Assembly (NCBI GenBank): GCA_038125345.1 | Contig: JAYPDR010000001.1 | Location: 1-42,743, forward strand | Reading direction: 5' to 3' | DNA length: 42,743 nt | From: Marinoscillum sp. | Lineage (GTDB): Bacteria; Bacteroidota; Bacteroidia; Cytophagales; MED-G16 | Shown here: positions 12,672 to 22,711 of the stretch, piece after piece | Layout: every line of letters starts with the position of its first letter | Position numbering within the stretch: position 1 is the stretch's first letter | The notes under the pieces: generated by a model | The model's database searches: none | What the model was told of the DNA's origin: nothing | The model's input: the letters and a program-made list of their open reading frames with translations, nothing else | Position numbers and translations under genes: made by a program

Positions 12672-14321
12672 ATGAATCAAAACCTTAAATCTCCTCTAGA
12701 AAATTTTACTTACTGGGAAAACAAAAAAGGTGATAGTACTTTTTTAATTCAACCAATAGATGGTAGAAATATAAATTTTTCTTGGAAAAGAGTTGGGGAA
12801 GAAGCTAGAAAAATATGTTCATTTATAAATAGTCTTAATCTCCCAAAAAAATCTAAAATAGCAATTCTATCGAAGAACTGTGCCCATTGGATAATAACAG
12901 ATTTAGCTATAATGATGAGCGGTAATATTTCCGTTCCAATATATGCAAATGTATCAGGAGAAACTGCAAAATACATTCTTGATCATAGTGAGTCTAAACT
13001 TATATTTCTTGGAAAACTTGAAGAAAGTGACTGGAGAAATATAAAGAATCATTTACCAGAAAATGTGTTAAAAGTAGATTATGGGTATTATAATTTAAAT
13101 TCTGATTTTTTAAAGTGGGAAGATATTTTATCTGATTATGAGGCTGAAAATAAAATTTCTCATTTTAATTTAGATGATATAATAACTATAATTTATACTT
13201 CAGGTACTACTGGTGTTCCTAAAGGAGTTGTCTTAAAATATAGATCTGCTGCAACAGCTACTAAAAATTTACATTTACTCTTCCCTTTAAATGAAAATGA
13301 TAGATTTATATCATATCTTCCTTTATCACATATTGCAGAACGTGCTCTGGTAGAACATGGTGGCATTCTCTCCGGTGGGAAAATTTACTTCGTAGAGAGC
13401 CTTGAGACTTTTGTTAAAAATTTGAAAGATTGTAAGCCAACTGTTTTTTTCGGTGTCCCAAGAATTTATACAAAATTCATGACTAAAATTCAGTCAATTT
13501 TCACTCAAAAAAAGATTAATATTATAATGAGAATTCCAGTTATTAATTCTTTATTTTCATTTATAATAAGAAAATCTTTAGGATTAAATAAATCAAGAAT
13601 TTGTATTACCGGAGCTGCTTCAATTCCTATTTCAACTTTAAAATGGTTTGATAGATTTAAAATTAAAATCTACGAAGCTTATGGCATGTCAGAAAATTCA
13701 GCATGTTCTCATGGAAACTACCCAGGAAACATAAAATTTGGAACTGTTGGCAAGGCTATGCCGGACACAAAAGTCAAAATAACAGAAAAAGGTGAGATCA
13801 TTATGAAAAATGATTGTATTATGGAGGGTTATTATAAAGAAAAAAAATTAACCAGTGATGTAATTAAAAATGGTTATTTATATACAGGTGATAAAGGGAA
13901 GATAGATAATGATGGATATCTAATAATTACAGGTAGAATTAAAGATATTTTTAAGACTTCAAAAGGAAAATATGTTGCGCCAAATCCTATAGAAATGAAG
14001 TTAAGTAAAAATAATTTTATTGAACAAGTTTGTGTAGTTGGTGAAAATTTAACACAACCAATAGCTTTAGTTGTATTAAGTGAAGGAAAAAAAATTAAAG
14101 AAAATATTAAAAAAAGTTTTAGAGAGCTTCTTTCATCTTTAAATGACACATTAGAAAATCATGAAAAGATTGAAAAAATTGTAGTTGTAAAAGATGCGTG
14201 GTCTACTGAAAATGAAATATTGACTCCTACTCTAAAGATTAAAAGGAATGTAATTGAAAAAAAATATAAAGCTTATTATAGTGAATGGTATAAATCTGAA
14301 AATAAAATAATATTTCAATAA
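12672..14321 (+). CDS. Long-chain fatty acid--CoA ligase (AMP-forming)
   Basis: AMP-binding motifs IIYTSGTTGVPKGV, YGMSE and YTGDKGKIDNDGYLIITGRIKD. I prefer the ATG at 12672 over the TTG at 12648, which overlaps the upstream gene. Confidence 0.8.
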   Translation: MNQNLKSPLENFTYWENKKGDSTFLIQPIDGRNINFSWKRVGEEARKICSFINSLNLPKKSKIAILSKNCAHWIITDLAIMMSGNISVPIYANVSGETAKYILDHSESKLIFLGKLEESDWRNIKNHLPENVLKVDYGYYNLNSDFLKWEDILSDYEAENKISHFNLDDIITIIYTSGTTGVPKGVVLKYRSAATATKNLHLLFPLNENDRFISYLPLSHIAERALVEHGGILSGGKIYFVESLETFVKNLKDCKPTVFFGVPRIYTKFMTKIQSIFTQKKINIIMRIPVINSLFSFIIRKSLGLNKSRICITGAASIPISTLKWFDRFKIKIYEAYGMSENSACSHGNYPGNIKFGTVGKAMPDTKVKITEKGEIIMKNDCIMEGYYKEKKLTSDVIKNGYLYTGDKGKIDNDGYLIITGRIKDIFKTSKGKYVAPNPIEMKLSKNNFIEQVCVVGENLTQPIALVVLSEGKKIKENIKKSFRELLSSLNDTLENHEKIEKIVVVKDAWSTENEILTPTLKIKRNVIEKKYKAYYSEWYKSENKIIFQ

Positions 14322-15272
14322 TTACTCTATACCAATATAAGGATTATATCCATTCAGCCTCTTTTTGTAAAATCCTGTGCCATTAAATTCTCTTAATTTC
14401 CCAACCTTCATACATTCTTTAGAACAACAGCCTTTAAATAATTGAGCTCCTTTATCACTAAGAGGAAAATGTCTATTACATAAAACATTTGCACAATTTA
14501 CCATCCTGTCAGATTTTTCACCGGTCACGTAACATTTTCCTATTACAGTTGGATTTTCTGAATTTACATTTTTAACAATCCTTCCATCAAAAACATAACA
14601 TTTTCCTACAAAGTTTTTTCCTTTTTCTTCAATTCCATATTTTATAATTCCACCGTGGAGCTGATAAACATTATCATATCCGTTTGATTTTAAAAATGCA
14701 CTTGCCTTTTCACATTTTACTCCTCCTGTACAATAAGTAATAATCTTATTTGATTTTTTAATTTTCTTCTTTATTTCAGAAATTTTAGAAGGAAAATCTC
14801 TGAAATTATCTATATCTAAAGTCATAGCATTTTTGAATTTACCAATATTATGTTCATAATTTGATCTAACATCAAGAATAGTAATGTCATTTGGCATATC
14901 ATCTAATATTTTTTTAAATTCGGATGGATATATGTAATTTCCTTTTTTATTAATAATATTTTTATCCTTAATTCCAGAATGAACAATCTCGTCCTTTATT
15001 CTAACATTTATTTTATCAAAAGCATTTTCATTATAATCTTCTACTTTAAAATCAATATTTGAAAATATTTTTTTTCTTTTAATTTCTTCAATATATATCT
15101 GGCAGTCCTTTTTTAATCCAGAAACAGTCCCATTAATACCTTCTTGAGAAACTATAATTCTACCTCTTATATTATTTTTAATACAAAATAGATGGTGTTC
15201 TTTTTTAAATTTTTCTGGATTCTTAATATTTGTATAACAATAAAAAAGAAGAATTTGATATCTATTACTCAT
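14322..15272 (-). CDS. trhO: Rhodanese-domain protein of the UPF0176/TrhO family (tRNA U34 hydroxylase)
   Basis: The N-terminal UPF0176 pattern ILLFYCY ... GRIIVSQEGINGTVSG is present. The rhodanese active-site loop is YCTGGVKCEKAS, and the C-terminal extension is Cys-rich. Confidence 0.75.
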   Translation of the reverse strand: MSNRYQILLFYCYTNIKNPEKFKKEHHLFCIKNNIRGRIIVSQEGINGTVSGLKKDCQIYIEEIKRKKIFSNIDFKVEDYNENAFDKINVRIKDEIVHSGIKDKNIINKKGNYIYPSEFKKILDDMPNDITILDVRSNYEHNIGKFKNAMTLDIDNFRDFPSKISEIKKKIKKSNKIITYCTGGVKCEKASAFLKSNGYDNVYQLHGGIIKYGIEEKGKNFVGKCYVFDGRIVKNVNSENPTVIGKCYVTGEKSDRMVNCANVLCNRHFPLSDKGAQLFKGCCSKECMKVGKLREFNGTGFYKKRLNGYNPYIGIE

Positions 15273-16090
15273 ATAATCTTTTTATCTATCAATATCTTTT
15301 GCATCTCACTTTGATAATACTTTGCTTTCTCTCTAACATTAGTTTGAAAAGATTTAGAATCATCACTATACAAGACATCTCTAGATACATTAACTATAAT
15401 TCCACAATTTGAATTAAAAGAGACAGAGCTAATCTTTTTTAAGTCCCCCCCTTGAGTGCCAACTCCTGGAATTAAGAGAAAGCTATTTGGTATTATCTTT
15501 CTTATCTTTTTAAATTCAGAAATTCTATTTGCTCCAACAACATACATAGTATTATATTCATTTGACCACTCTAAAGAATCTTCAATAATGTGCTCATACA
15601 ATTTCTTATTAGAGGAATTTTCAAAATGTTGAATATCAATAGAACTCTTATTAGAAGTCAATGCTAATAATATAATCCATTTATTATTATATTCTAGATA
15701 GGGTAATGATGAATCTTTGCCCATAAATGGGGATAAAGTAACTGCATCAAAATTAAATTTTTCAAAAAAACTCTTCGCATACATTTTAGAGGTATTTCCT
15801 ATGTCTCCCCTTTTTGCATCAGCAATTTTAAAAATATTTTTTGGTATATAATTAAGAGTTTTTTCTAGGGAGTTAATACCATCAACTCCCATGGATTCAT
15901 AAAATGCAAGGTTAGGTTTATAAGCAATAACATATTCATGAGTTGCATCAATAATTCTTTTATTAAACTCAAAGATAGGATCTTCAAAATCTAATAAGTG
16001 TTTAGGAATTTTATTTATATCAGAATCTAAACCAATACACAGATATGTTTTTTTATTCTTTATTTGGTTAAAAATTTCAGAAAAATTCAT
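15269..16090 (-). CDS. pyrF: Orotidine 5'-phosphate decarboxylase (type 2)
   Basis: Motifs LCIGLDSD and ADAKRGDIGNT. The 273 aa length fits the long form. Confidence 0.85.
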   Translation of the reverse strand: MNFSEIFNQIKNKKTYLCIGLDSDINKIPKHLLDFEDPIFEFNKRIIDATHEYVIAYKPNLAFYESMGVDGINSLEKTLNYIPKNIFKIADAKRGDIGNTSKMYAKSFFEKFNFDAVTLSPFMGKDSSLPYLEYNNKWIILLALTSNKSSIDIQHFENSSNKKLYEHIIEDSLEWSNEYNTMYVVGANRISEFKKIRKIIPNSFLLIPGVGTQGGDLKKISSVSFNSNCGIIVNVSRDVLYSDDSKSFQTNVREKAKYYQSEMQKILIDKKII

Positions 16091-16092
16091 TT

Positions 16093-16716
16093 TTATCTAA
16101 AATCAATTATTTCAATTCCAGGATGTTTACTTTCATCAAATAAGAATAAAGAATTTTCTAAATCTTCTTCTTTAAAATCTTTAATTAAATAAATATAAAC
16201 GCTATTAGATTTATCATATACAGTGAAGCTTGAGAGGAGATTGTTAGTAAATATATCAAAAGAGATTTTATAATAGGATTTATTTTCATCATCGGGATAA
16301 ATCTCAATTTTATTTATCTGATTTTCATTGCCAATAAACTTATAAGTAAACCCTTCTTTATATACCTCAAATACGTTATTAATAGAAATTTCTTGTTCAG
16401 AAGGATCGAAGTTTGATATAGTAACTTCATTTAATTCTTCGATATAAGTCCATACAGTTTTAGAGTCATTTATTATTTTTTGACCCTCTATAGATAGAAC
16501 ATACTTTTCATCTTTTACTGAAATAGTCCCATCAAATGAATCTGTAATATTTTCAGTTAAATTCTGCATAGAGTATGTGAATGAAGAAGTAAAACCCTTC
16601 ATTTTTTTATATTTATCACTCATAGAATTTAAATAATCCAAAGCAATCTTATTGTCTTGAGATAAAGATCTCTCTGGAATAATAGATAATAGTATTATAA
16701 TAATAAATTTACTCAT
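16093..16716 (-). CDS. lolA: LolA-like outer-membrane lipoprotein carrier protein
   Basis: It has a signal peptide, the size fits, and it sits directly downstream of ftsK, a widely conserved ftsK-lolA arrangement. Sequence pattern: FTYSMQN ... ISVKDEKYVL. Confidence 0.6.
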   Translation of the reverse strand: MSKFIIIILLSIIPERSLSQDNKIALDYLNSMSDKYKKMKGFTSSFTYSMQNLTENITDSFDGTISVKDEKYVLSIEGQKIINDSKTVWTYIEELNEVTISNFDPSEQEISINNVFEVYKEGFTYKFIGNENQINKIEIYPDDENKSYYKISFDIFTNNLLSSFTVYDKSNSVYIYLIKDFKEEDLENSLFLFDESKHPGIEIIDFR

Positions 16717-16733
16717 AATAATTTTTTGTAAAG

Positions 16734-19100
16734 TTAACCTAATTCATTAAGTAATTTCTCTAAACTATATTCATCCTGTATAAGAACTTGCCTTGGTTTA
16801 CTTCCCTCTGCAGGACCAACAATTCCAGCAGCCTCCAGTTGATCTGTTAATCTTCCTGCCCTATTATAACCGAGCTTAAGCTTTCTCTGTAATAGAGAAG
16901 TACTTCCTGTTTGAGATGAAACAATAAGTCTTGCGGCCTCTTCAAATAAAGGATCTCTATCACTAAGGTCAATATCAGCGAGTTGTTTTTCATTCTCATC
17001 AATATATTCGGGCAGGAGATATGCTGAAGGGTAAGATTGTTGGCTACCAATGTAATCACATATTTTTTCTATTTCTGGTGTATCTACATATGGGCATTGT
17101 AAACGAATAATATCTGAACCTGACGTAAAAAGCATATCCCCCATCCCGACTAGTTGCTCTGCTCCTTTTGAATCAAGAATAGTTCTAGAGTCCATATTAG
17201 ATGTAACTTTAAATGATATTCTTGTAGGAAAATTTGCCTTAATAACACCAGTAATAACATTGACAGAAGGTCTTTGAGTAGCAACAATTAAATGAATTCC
17301 AATAGCTCTAGCCAATTGAGCTAATCTGGCTATAGGCGTTTCAATTTCTTTTCCAGCAGTCATCATTAAATCAGCAAGCTCATCTATTACTAAAACAATA
17401 AAAGGAAGATATCTGTGACCTTCTTTAGGATTAAGTTTTCTACTAATAAATTTTTTATTATACTCCTTCAGGTTTCTAGCTTGAGCATCTTTCAATAAAT
17501 TATATCTGACATCCATTTCTGTACATAGAGAATTAAGTGTGTGAACAACTTTTTTCGTTTCAGTTATTATCGACTCCTCTGCATCAGGTAGTTTTGCTAA
17601 GAAATGTTTTTCAATTTTATTGAATAATGATAATTCTACTTTCTTAGGATCTATTAAAACAAATTTTAATATTGAAGGATGTTTCTTAAATAGAAGAGAA
17701 GAAAGCATAACATTTAATCCAACCGATTTTCCTTGACCTGTTGCTCCTGCAACTAAAACATGAGGCATTTTTGCTAAGTCTGCTATATATACCTCATTCG
17801 AAATAGTTTTTCCTAATATAAGAGGTAATTCATAATCAGATTTCATGAATTTTTCCGTATTCATAACAGATCTTAAACTCACAGTTTCCCTATTCTTGTT
17901 AGGAACTTCAATACCAATTGTTCCTTTTCCTGGAATTGGAGCAATAATCCTAATACCTAAAGCTGATAGGCTTAGAGCTATGTCATCTTCTAAATTTTTT
18001 ATTTTAGATATTTTTATACCTGCCTCAGGCACTATTTCATATAGAGTTACAGTTGGTCCAATGGTAGCTTTAATTTTTGCAATTTCAATTTTAAAGTTTT
18101 TTAATGTATCAAGTATCCTATTTTTATTAGAAGTCAATTCATCTTTAGTAACTTGAATTTTTTTATCTGAAAGGTCATTTAATAAATTTAATTTTGGATA
18201 TTTATAGCTTGAAAGATCTAATTCTGGATCATAAATATTACTTGTTGATGAGTTTGATATTTTTTCACTTACTCCTTTTTCTATACTAAAATTTATTATT
18301 TCATTTGCGTCATTTGATGATAATTCAGATTTATTTTCATCTGAGACATCAGCTTTATTATTTACAATTACTTCTTTTGAATCTCTAAATTCTTCATCCT
18401 TAATTTCCTCAGTAATAACACTGCTCGATTTTATATCCTCAGCTTCAATTATTTCATCCGAATAAAATTCATTTGAATCAATTTCCGTTTTCCTTCCCTT
18501 ATTAAAGTTTAACATTGAAAAATTGATAGAAGAAATATTAAAATAAAAGACAATAAATAGAAATAATGAAAGTACTAAAATAATTATAGAAGAAATTCCA
18601 AGAAGATTGTCTAATAAAATAGAAAAATTCAATCCTATACCACCAGTATAATTATTTAAAAATTCATTTTCAGGGAAAAGAATTAAAAAAAATCCTAACA
18701 AACTAGATATCCAAATTATTCCAAAGAATGTAAAAATTGATGCTCTAGTTAATGAAATAATTTTAATTTTAAAAAGTAATCTAAATGAAAATACAACTAA
18801 AAATGGAACAATTAGAAATGAAGTAATACCAAAAGAAATATATACTAAATAGTGTGAAAGGAATGCTCCAGCTACACCCAGCCAATTTTGAGATTTTTTG
18901 CTTAATGATTCAAAATTTAACCCTGAATCAATTATACTTTGGTCAGATTCACCAGTAAAAATATATGATAGAAGAGAGAAAAAAATTATTAAAGAAGCGG
19001 CTAAAGAAATTGCACCAAATGATATTTTTAGTTTTTCTAGAAGTGAGCTTTGATTTCCATCTTCTTCATAATAGTCATTATTGAATGAACTTTTTATCAT
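16734..19100 (-). CDS. ftsK: DNA translocase FtsK/SpoIIIE
   Basis: The N-terminus spans the membrane several times. Walker A is VAGATGQGKS, followed by IDELADLMM. The C-terminal gamma winged helix reads STSLLQRKLKLGYNRAGRLTDQLE. Confidence 0.9.
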   Translation of the reverse strand: MIKSSFNNDYYEEDGNQSSLLEKLKISFGAISLAASLIIFFSLLSYIFTGESDQSIIDSGLNFESLSKKSQNWLGVAGAFLSHYLVYISFGITSFLIVPFLVVFSFRLLFKIKIISLTRASIFTFFGIIWISSLLGFFLILFPENEFLNNYTGGIGLNFSILLDNLLGISSIIILVLSLFLFIVFYFNISSINFSMLNFNKGRKTEIDSNEFYSDEIIEAEDIKSSSVITEEIKDEEFRDSKEVIVNNKADVSDENKSELSSNDANEIINFSIEKGVSEKISNSSTSNIYDPELDLSSYKYPKLNLLNDLSDKKIQVTKDELTSNKNRILDTLKNFKIEIAKIKATIGPTVTLYEIVPEAGIKISKIKNLEDDIALSLSALGIRIIAPIPGKGTIGIEVPNKNRETVSLRSVMNTEKFMKSDYELPLILGKTISNEVYIADLAKMPHVLVAGATGQGKSVGLNVMLSSLLFKKHPSILKFVLIDPKKVELSLFNKIEKHFLAKLPDAEESIITETKKVVHTLNSLCTEMDVRYNLLKDAQARNLKEYNKKFISRKLNPKEGHRYLPFIVLVIDELADLMMTAGKEIETPIARLAQLARAIGIHLIVATQRPSVNVITGVIKANFPTRISFKVTSNMDSRTILDSKGAEQLVGMGDMLFTSGSDIIRLQCPYVDTPEIEKICDYIGSQQSYPSAYLLPEYIDENEKQLADIDLSDRDPLFEEAARLIVSSQTGSTSLLQRKLKLGYNRAGRLTDQLEAAGIVGPAEGSKPRQVLIQDEYSLEKLLNELG

Positions 19101-19130
19101 CTTTCAAATTTACATATACATAGTTATTTA

Positions 19131-20162
19131 TTAATTCTCTTTCTTCATTTTTAACAAACTAGAATTAATTTTTTTAACCATTGAAGGACCTTCATAAACC
19201 CATCCAGTGTATACTTGAATTAAATCAGCACCTAATTTAATTTTTTCTTTAACATCCTTAGAGTTAAATATTCCCCCTACACCAATTATTTTAATTTTTT
19301 TATTTGATTTTTTTTTAATGTATCTGATGATTTCATTAGATCTTTCTTTCAATGGGTTACCACTAAGACCGCCTTCTTCTGCTAAATAATTACTTGTAAT
19401 ATTCTTTCTAGATAAAGTTGTATTTGTAGCAATTATTCCATCAATATTATGTTTTAAACAAATTTCAATAATATCGTCAATTTCCTTAAATGATAAGTCA
19501 GGTGCAATTTTAATTAAAACAGGCACAATCGTTTTTTTAGAGCAATTTTCTTTCTGTATTGTTTCAATTAATTTATTTAAATAATTTTTTGATTGAAGTT
19601 TTCTAAGACCAGGAGTATTCGGAGAGCTTATGTTAATTACAAAATAATTAACAAAATTTCTTAACTTTTTAAAGCAGTATAAATAATCATATGCGGAATT
19701 ATCAATAGGAGTCGATTTATTTTTCCCAATATTAGCACCAATTATTAATTTCCCTTTATATCTTTTAATTCTTTTCAATATAGTTTCAACTCCATCATTA
19801 TTAAATCCCATTCTATTAATTAATGCATTTTCAGAGCTTAATCTAAATAATCTAGGCTTAGGATTTCCAGATTGAGCTTTAGGTGTAATAGTTCCCACTT
19901 CTATATGGCTAAATCCAAAACATTCTAACTCATTAAGAAGTTTAGCATTTTTATCAAATCCTGCTGCAAGACCAATTCTATTTTTGAATTTCAAATCAAA
20001 TAATTCAATATTGAGTCTTTCATCTTCATTAGAATATATTTTATAAACAAAAAATTTTACTAATGGGATCTTGAAAAATATTTTAATAAAAAAGAAAATA
20101 ATATCATGTGTTTTTTCTGGATTTATTAAAAAGAGAATGGGACGTATAAATTTTTTATACAT
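19131..20162 (-). CDS. pyrD: Dihydroorotate dehydrogenase (quinone), class 2
   Basis: Hydrophobic N-terminal extension, plus GFNNDG, NISSPNTPGLR (class 2 Ser) and IAPDL. Confidence 0.9.
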   Translation of the reverse strand: MYKKFIRPILFLINPEKTHDIIFFFIKIFFKIPLVKFFVYKIYSNEDERLNIELFDLKFKNRIGLAAGFDKNAKLLNELECFGFSHIEVGTITPKAQSGNPKPRLFRLSSENALINRMGFNNDGVETILKRIKRYKGKLIIGANIGKNKSTPIDNSAYDYLYCFKKLRNFVNYFVINISSPNTPGLRKLQSKNYLNKLIETIQKENCSKKTIVPVLIKIAPDLSFKEIDDIIEICLKHNIDGIIATNTTLSRKNITSNYLAEEGGLSGNPLKERSNEIIRYIKKKSNKKIKIIGVGGIFNSKDVKEKIKLGADLIQVYTGWVYEGPSMVKKINSSLLKMKKEN

Positions 20163-20183
20163 AACACAAATATAATACGAGTA

Positions 20184-21083
20184 TTAACTCCTAGGATGAA
20201 ATTTACTTACAACTTCTCTAAGATATTCTTTATTTAAATGGGTATATATCTCGGTTGTTGTTATAGACTCATGACCAAGCATTTCTTGAACAGCTCTAAG
20301 ATCAGCACCTCTTTCAATCATATGTGTTGCAAAAGAATGTCTAAATGTATGAGGGCTTATATTTTGCTTAAGATTAATTTTTTCAGATATGTTTTTAATA
20401 AATATAAAAATCATATTTCTTGAAATCTTTGAGCCTCTTCTATTAAGAAATAAAAATCCCTCATTTCCAGGTTTAACTTTAATAATTTTTCTGAAATCAT
20501 TATCATAAGACTGAATATATTTAATTGCAGATGAGCCAATAGGAACTAATCTCTCTTTAGATCCCTTGCCTATTACCTTGATAAATCCTATATCTAAAAA
20601 TAAATTTTGATAAGTAATATTAATAAGCTCTGAGACTCTTAATCCGCAACTATATAAAGTTTCTATTATTGCTCTATTTCTTGATCCCTCAAAAGAATTT
20701 AAGTTTATAGATTCTAAAATCTTTTCTATTTCTTCAATATTTAACGTGTCAGGTAGTTTTTTTCTTACTTTCGGGGATTCAATTAACTCGGTCGGATTTA
20801 TCTTGATTTTATCCTCAAGAATTAAATAACCAAAAAAGGATTTAATACCAGATAATGTCCGTGCTTGAGTATAAGTAGATATTCCTAAATCAAATAAATA
20901 TTTCGAAAAATCTTGTAAAAGAATATAATTTACTTCCGAATAATGAATAGTTTGTTTGTTTTTAATCTTTAAAAATGATACTAATTTATTTATATCATTA
21001 ACATATGCTGAAATAGAATTTTCTGATAAAGATTTTTCAAGCTTTAAAAAATTTTTGAATTCAATTATCTCATGTTCCCACAT
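20184..21083 (-). CDS. xerD: Site-specific tyrosine recombinase XerD
   Basis: Catalytic pattern CGLRVSEL, HTFRHSFATHM and LGHESITTTEIYTH. It lies divergent to aroQ with no mobile-element context. Confidence 0.8.
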   Translation of the reverse strand: MWEHEIIEFKNFLKLEKSLSENSISAYVNDINKLVSFLKIKNKQTIHYSEVNYILLQDFSKYLFDLGISTYTQARTLSGIKSFFGYLILEDKIKINPTELIESPKVRKKLPDTLNIEEIEKILESINLNSFEGSRNRAIIETLYSCGLRVSELINITYQNLFLDIGFIKVIGKGSKERLVPIGSSAIKYIQSYDNDFRKIIKVKPGNEGFLFLNRRGSKISRNMIFIFIKNISEKINLKQNISPHTFRHSFATHMIERGADLRAVQEMLGHESITTTEIYTHLNKEYLREVVSKFHPRS

Positions 21084-21116
21084 AAAATATTTTTTTTAGA
21101 CTAAATTTAAGATGTT

Positions 21117-21542
21117 ATGAAACTTATAATTATTAATGGACCAAATTTAAATCTTTTAGGAATTAGAGAAAAAAATATATATGGAGATATGTCATTTGAG
21201 ACTTACTTTGATTCTTTATCAAAAAAATATAAAGATTTAGATCTTGAATATTTTCAATCTAATCATGAAGGAGAATTAATTGAAAAGATTCAAGAGGTGG
21301 GGTTTTCATATGATGGGATTATCATTAATGCTGGAGGATTTACTCATACCTCAGTAGCAATAAGGGATGCAATAGCATCAGTAAATTCAGAGGCAGTTGA
21401 AGTTCATATCAGTAATATTTTATCAAGAGAGGATTTCAGAAAAAATAGCTATCTAAGCGGAGTTTGTGTTGGGATTATATCTGGTCTAGGATTAATTGGA
21501 TATGAATCTGCTATTAAATATTTCATAGAAAAAAATGATTGA
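21117..21542 (+). CDS. aroQ: 3-dehydroquinate dehydratase, type II
   Basis: INGPNLNLLGIREKNIYG, FQSNHEGELIE and INAGGFTHTSVAIRDA. Confidence 0.9.
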   Translation: MKLIIINGPNLNLLGIREKNIYGDMSFETYFDSLSKKYKDLDLEYFQSNHEGELIEKIQEVGFSYDGIIINAGGFTHTSVAIRDAIASVNSEAVEVHISNILSREDFRKNSYLSGVCVGIISGLGLIGYESAIKYFIEKND

Positions 21543-21990
21543 AATTTTTACTGATGGATCAAGTAGAGGTAATCCAGGACCTGGAGGATATGGTATTGTT
21601 TTAATTTATAAAAATAAAAGAAAGGAGCTTAGCCAAGGATATGAATTAACTACAAATAATAGGATGGAGCTTATGGCTGTTATCAAGGCCCTGGAATCAG
21701 TTAAGGTAGATACTATTGATATTCTTGTTTACTCTGATTCAAAATATGTAGTTGAATCTGTTGAGAAAGGATGGATTTGGAATTGGGAAAAAAATAATTT
21801 TAAAAAAAAATTAAATTCTGACTTGTGGAAAATTTTTATTCCTTTATATCAAAAATTTAATGTTAAATTTAAATGGGTTAAAGGTCATGCCGGAAATACA
21901 GAAAATGAAAGATGTGATAGATTAGCTAATGAAGCCCAAGAAAAAAAATTAATAGTTGATTTTGGATATGTTAATTCAATTAAGAAATAG
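21535..21990 (+). CDS. rnhA: Ribonuclease HI
   Basis: TDGSSRGNPGPGGYG, TNNRMEL, SDSKYV and WVKGHAGNTENERCDRLA. Confidence 0.9.
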   Translation: MIEIFTDGSSRGNPGPGGYGIVLIYKNKRKELSQGYELTTNNRMELMAVIKALESVKVDTIDILVYSDSKYVVESVEKGWIWNWEKNNFKKKLNSDLWKIFIPLYQKFNVKFKWVKGHAGNTENERCDRLANEAQEKKLIVDFGYVNSIKK

Positions 21991-22711
21991 ATAATGCTGC
22001 CCCGATTATTCCAGAATTATTTTTATTTTTTGCAGACAAAATTTTACAATTAGAACGTAAATCTTTCTTAAATTCTGAATAATAATTACTTATTCCTCCT
22101 CCAAGAATAATTAGATTTGGAGAAATTAATAACTCAACATAATCTATATATTCATTGAATCTAGCAGACCACTCTTTCCATGATAGATCTAACTTTTTTC
22201 TAGCTAAATTAGAAGCATACTTTTCAGCACAATCACCATACATTTTTAAATGACCAAATTCAATGTTTGGGACTAGTTTACCATCAATAAAAATTGAAGT
22301 TCCAAATCCTGTTCCGACTGTAATTATCATAACTGTACCTTTTAATGGAATTTTATTATTTAAGGTAATTTCTGAAATTCCAGCAGCATCAGCATCGTTA
22401 ATTGCTTTGCATTCTAGATTAAACTTCTGAGAAAACTTTTTCTTAATATTTACACCTACCCATTTATTACTAATATTAGCTGCTGAGAAAACTTTGTTTT
22501 TAATTACTACCCCAGGAAATCCACATCCTACTTTTCCTTTCCAATCCAATTTTTCTAAAAAATTAGTTTTAATGCCTTCAAAAATATTTTTAGGTGAAGA
22601 ATTAGTGGGTGTTTCAAATCTTATTTTTTCTGAAATAAGTTTTCCAGTCATTGTATCAATAACAGCAGCTTTAACACCACTTCCACCTATATCTATTCCT
22701 AATACATCCAT
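21980..22711 (-). CDS. ppgK: ROK-family polyphosphate glucokinase
   Basis: LGIDIGGSGVKAA and ITVGTGFGTSIF. The short 243 aa ROK form is typical of PpgK. Confidence 0.7.
   Translation of the reverse strand: MDVLGIDIGGSGVKAAVIDTMTGKLISEKIRFETPTNSSPKNIFEGIKTNFLEKLDWKGKVGCGFPGVVIKNKVFSAANISNKWVGVNIKKKFSQKFNLECKAINDADAAGISEITLNNKIPLKGTVMIITVGTGFGTSIFIDGKLVPNIEFGHLKMYGDCAEKYASNLARKKLDLSWKEWSARFNEYIDYVELLISPNLIILGGGISNYYSEFKKDLRSNCKILSAKNKNNSGIIGAALSIS

Noticed and set aside
20184-21083. The tyrosine recombinase as a marker of a mobile element or integron.
   Set aside because: It has the XerD-type catalytic motifs and sits in the common xerD/aroQ divergent arrangement between pyrD and aroQ. No cargo genes, att-like repeats or partner genes are present.
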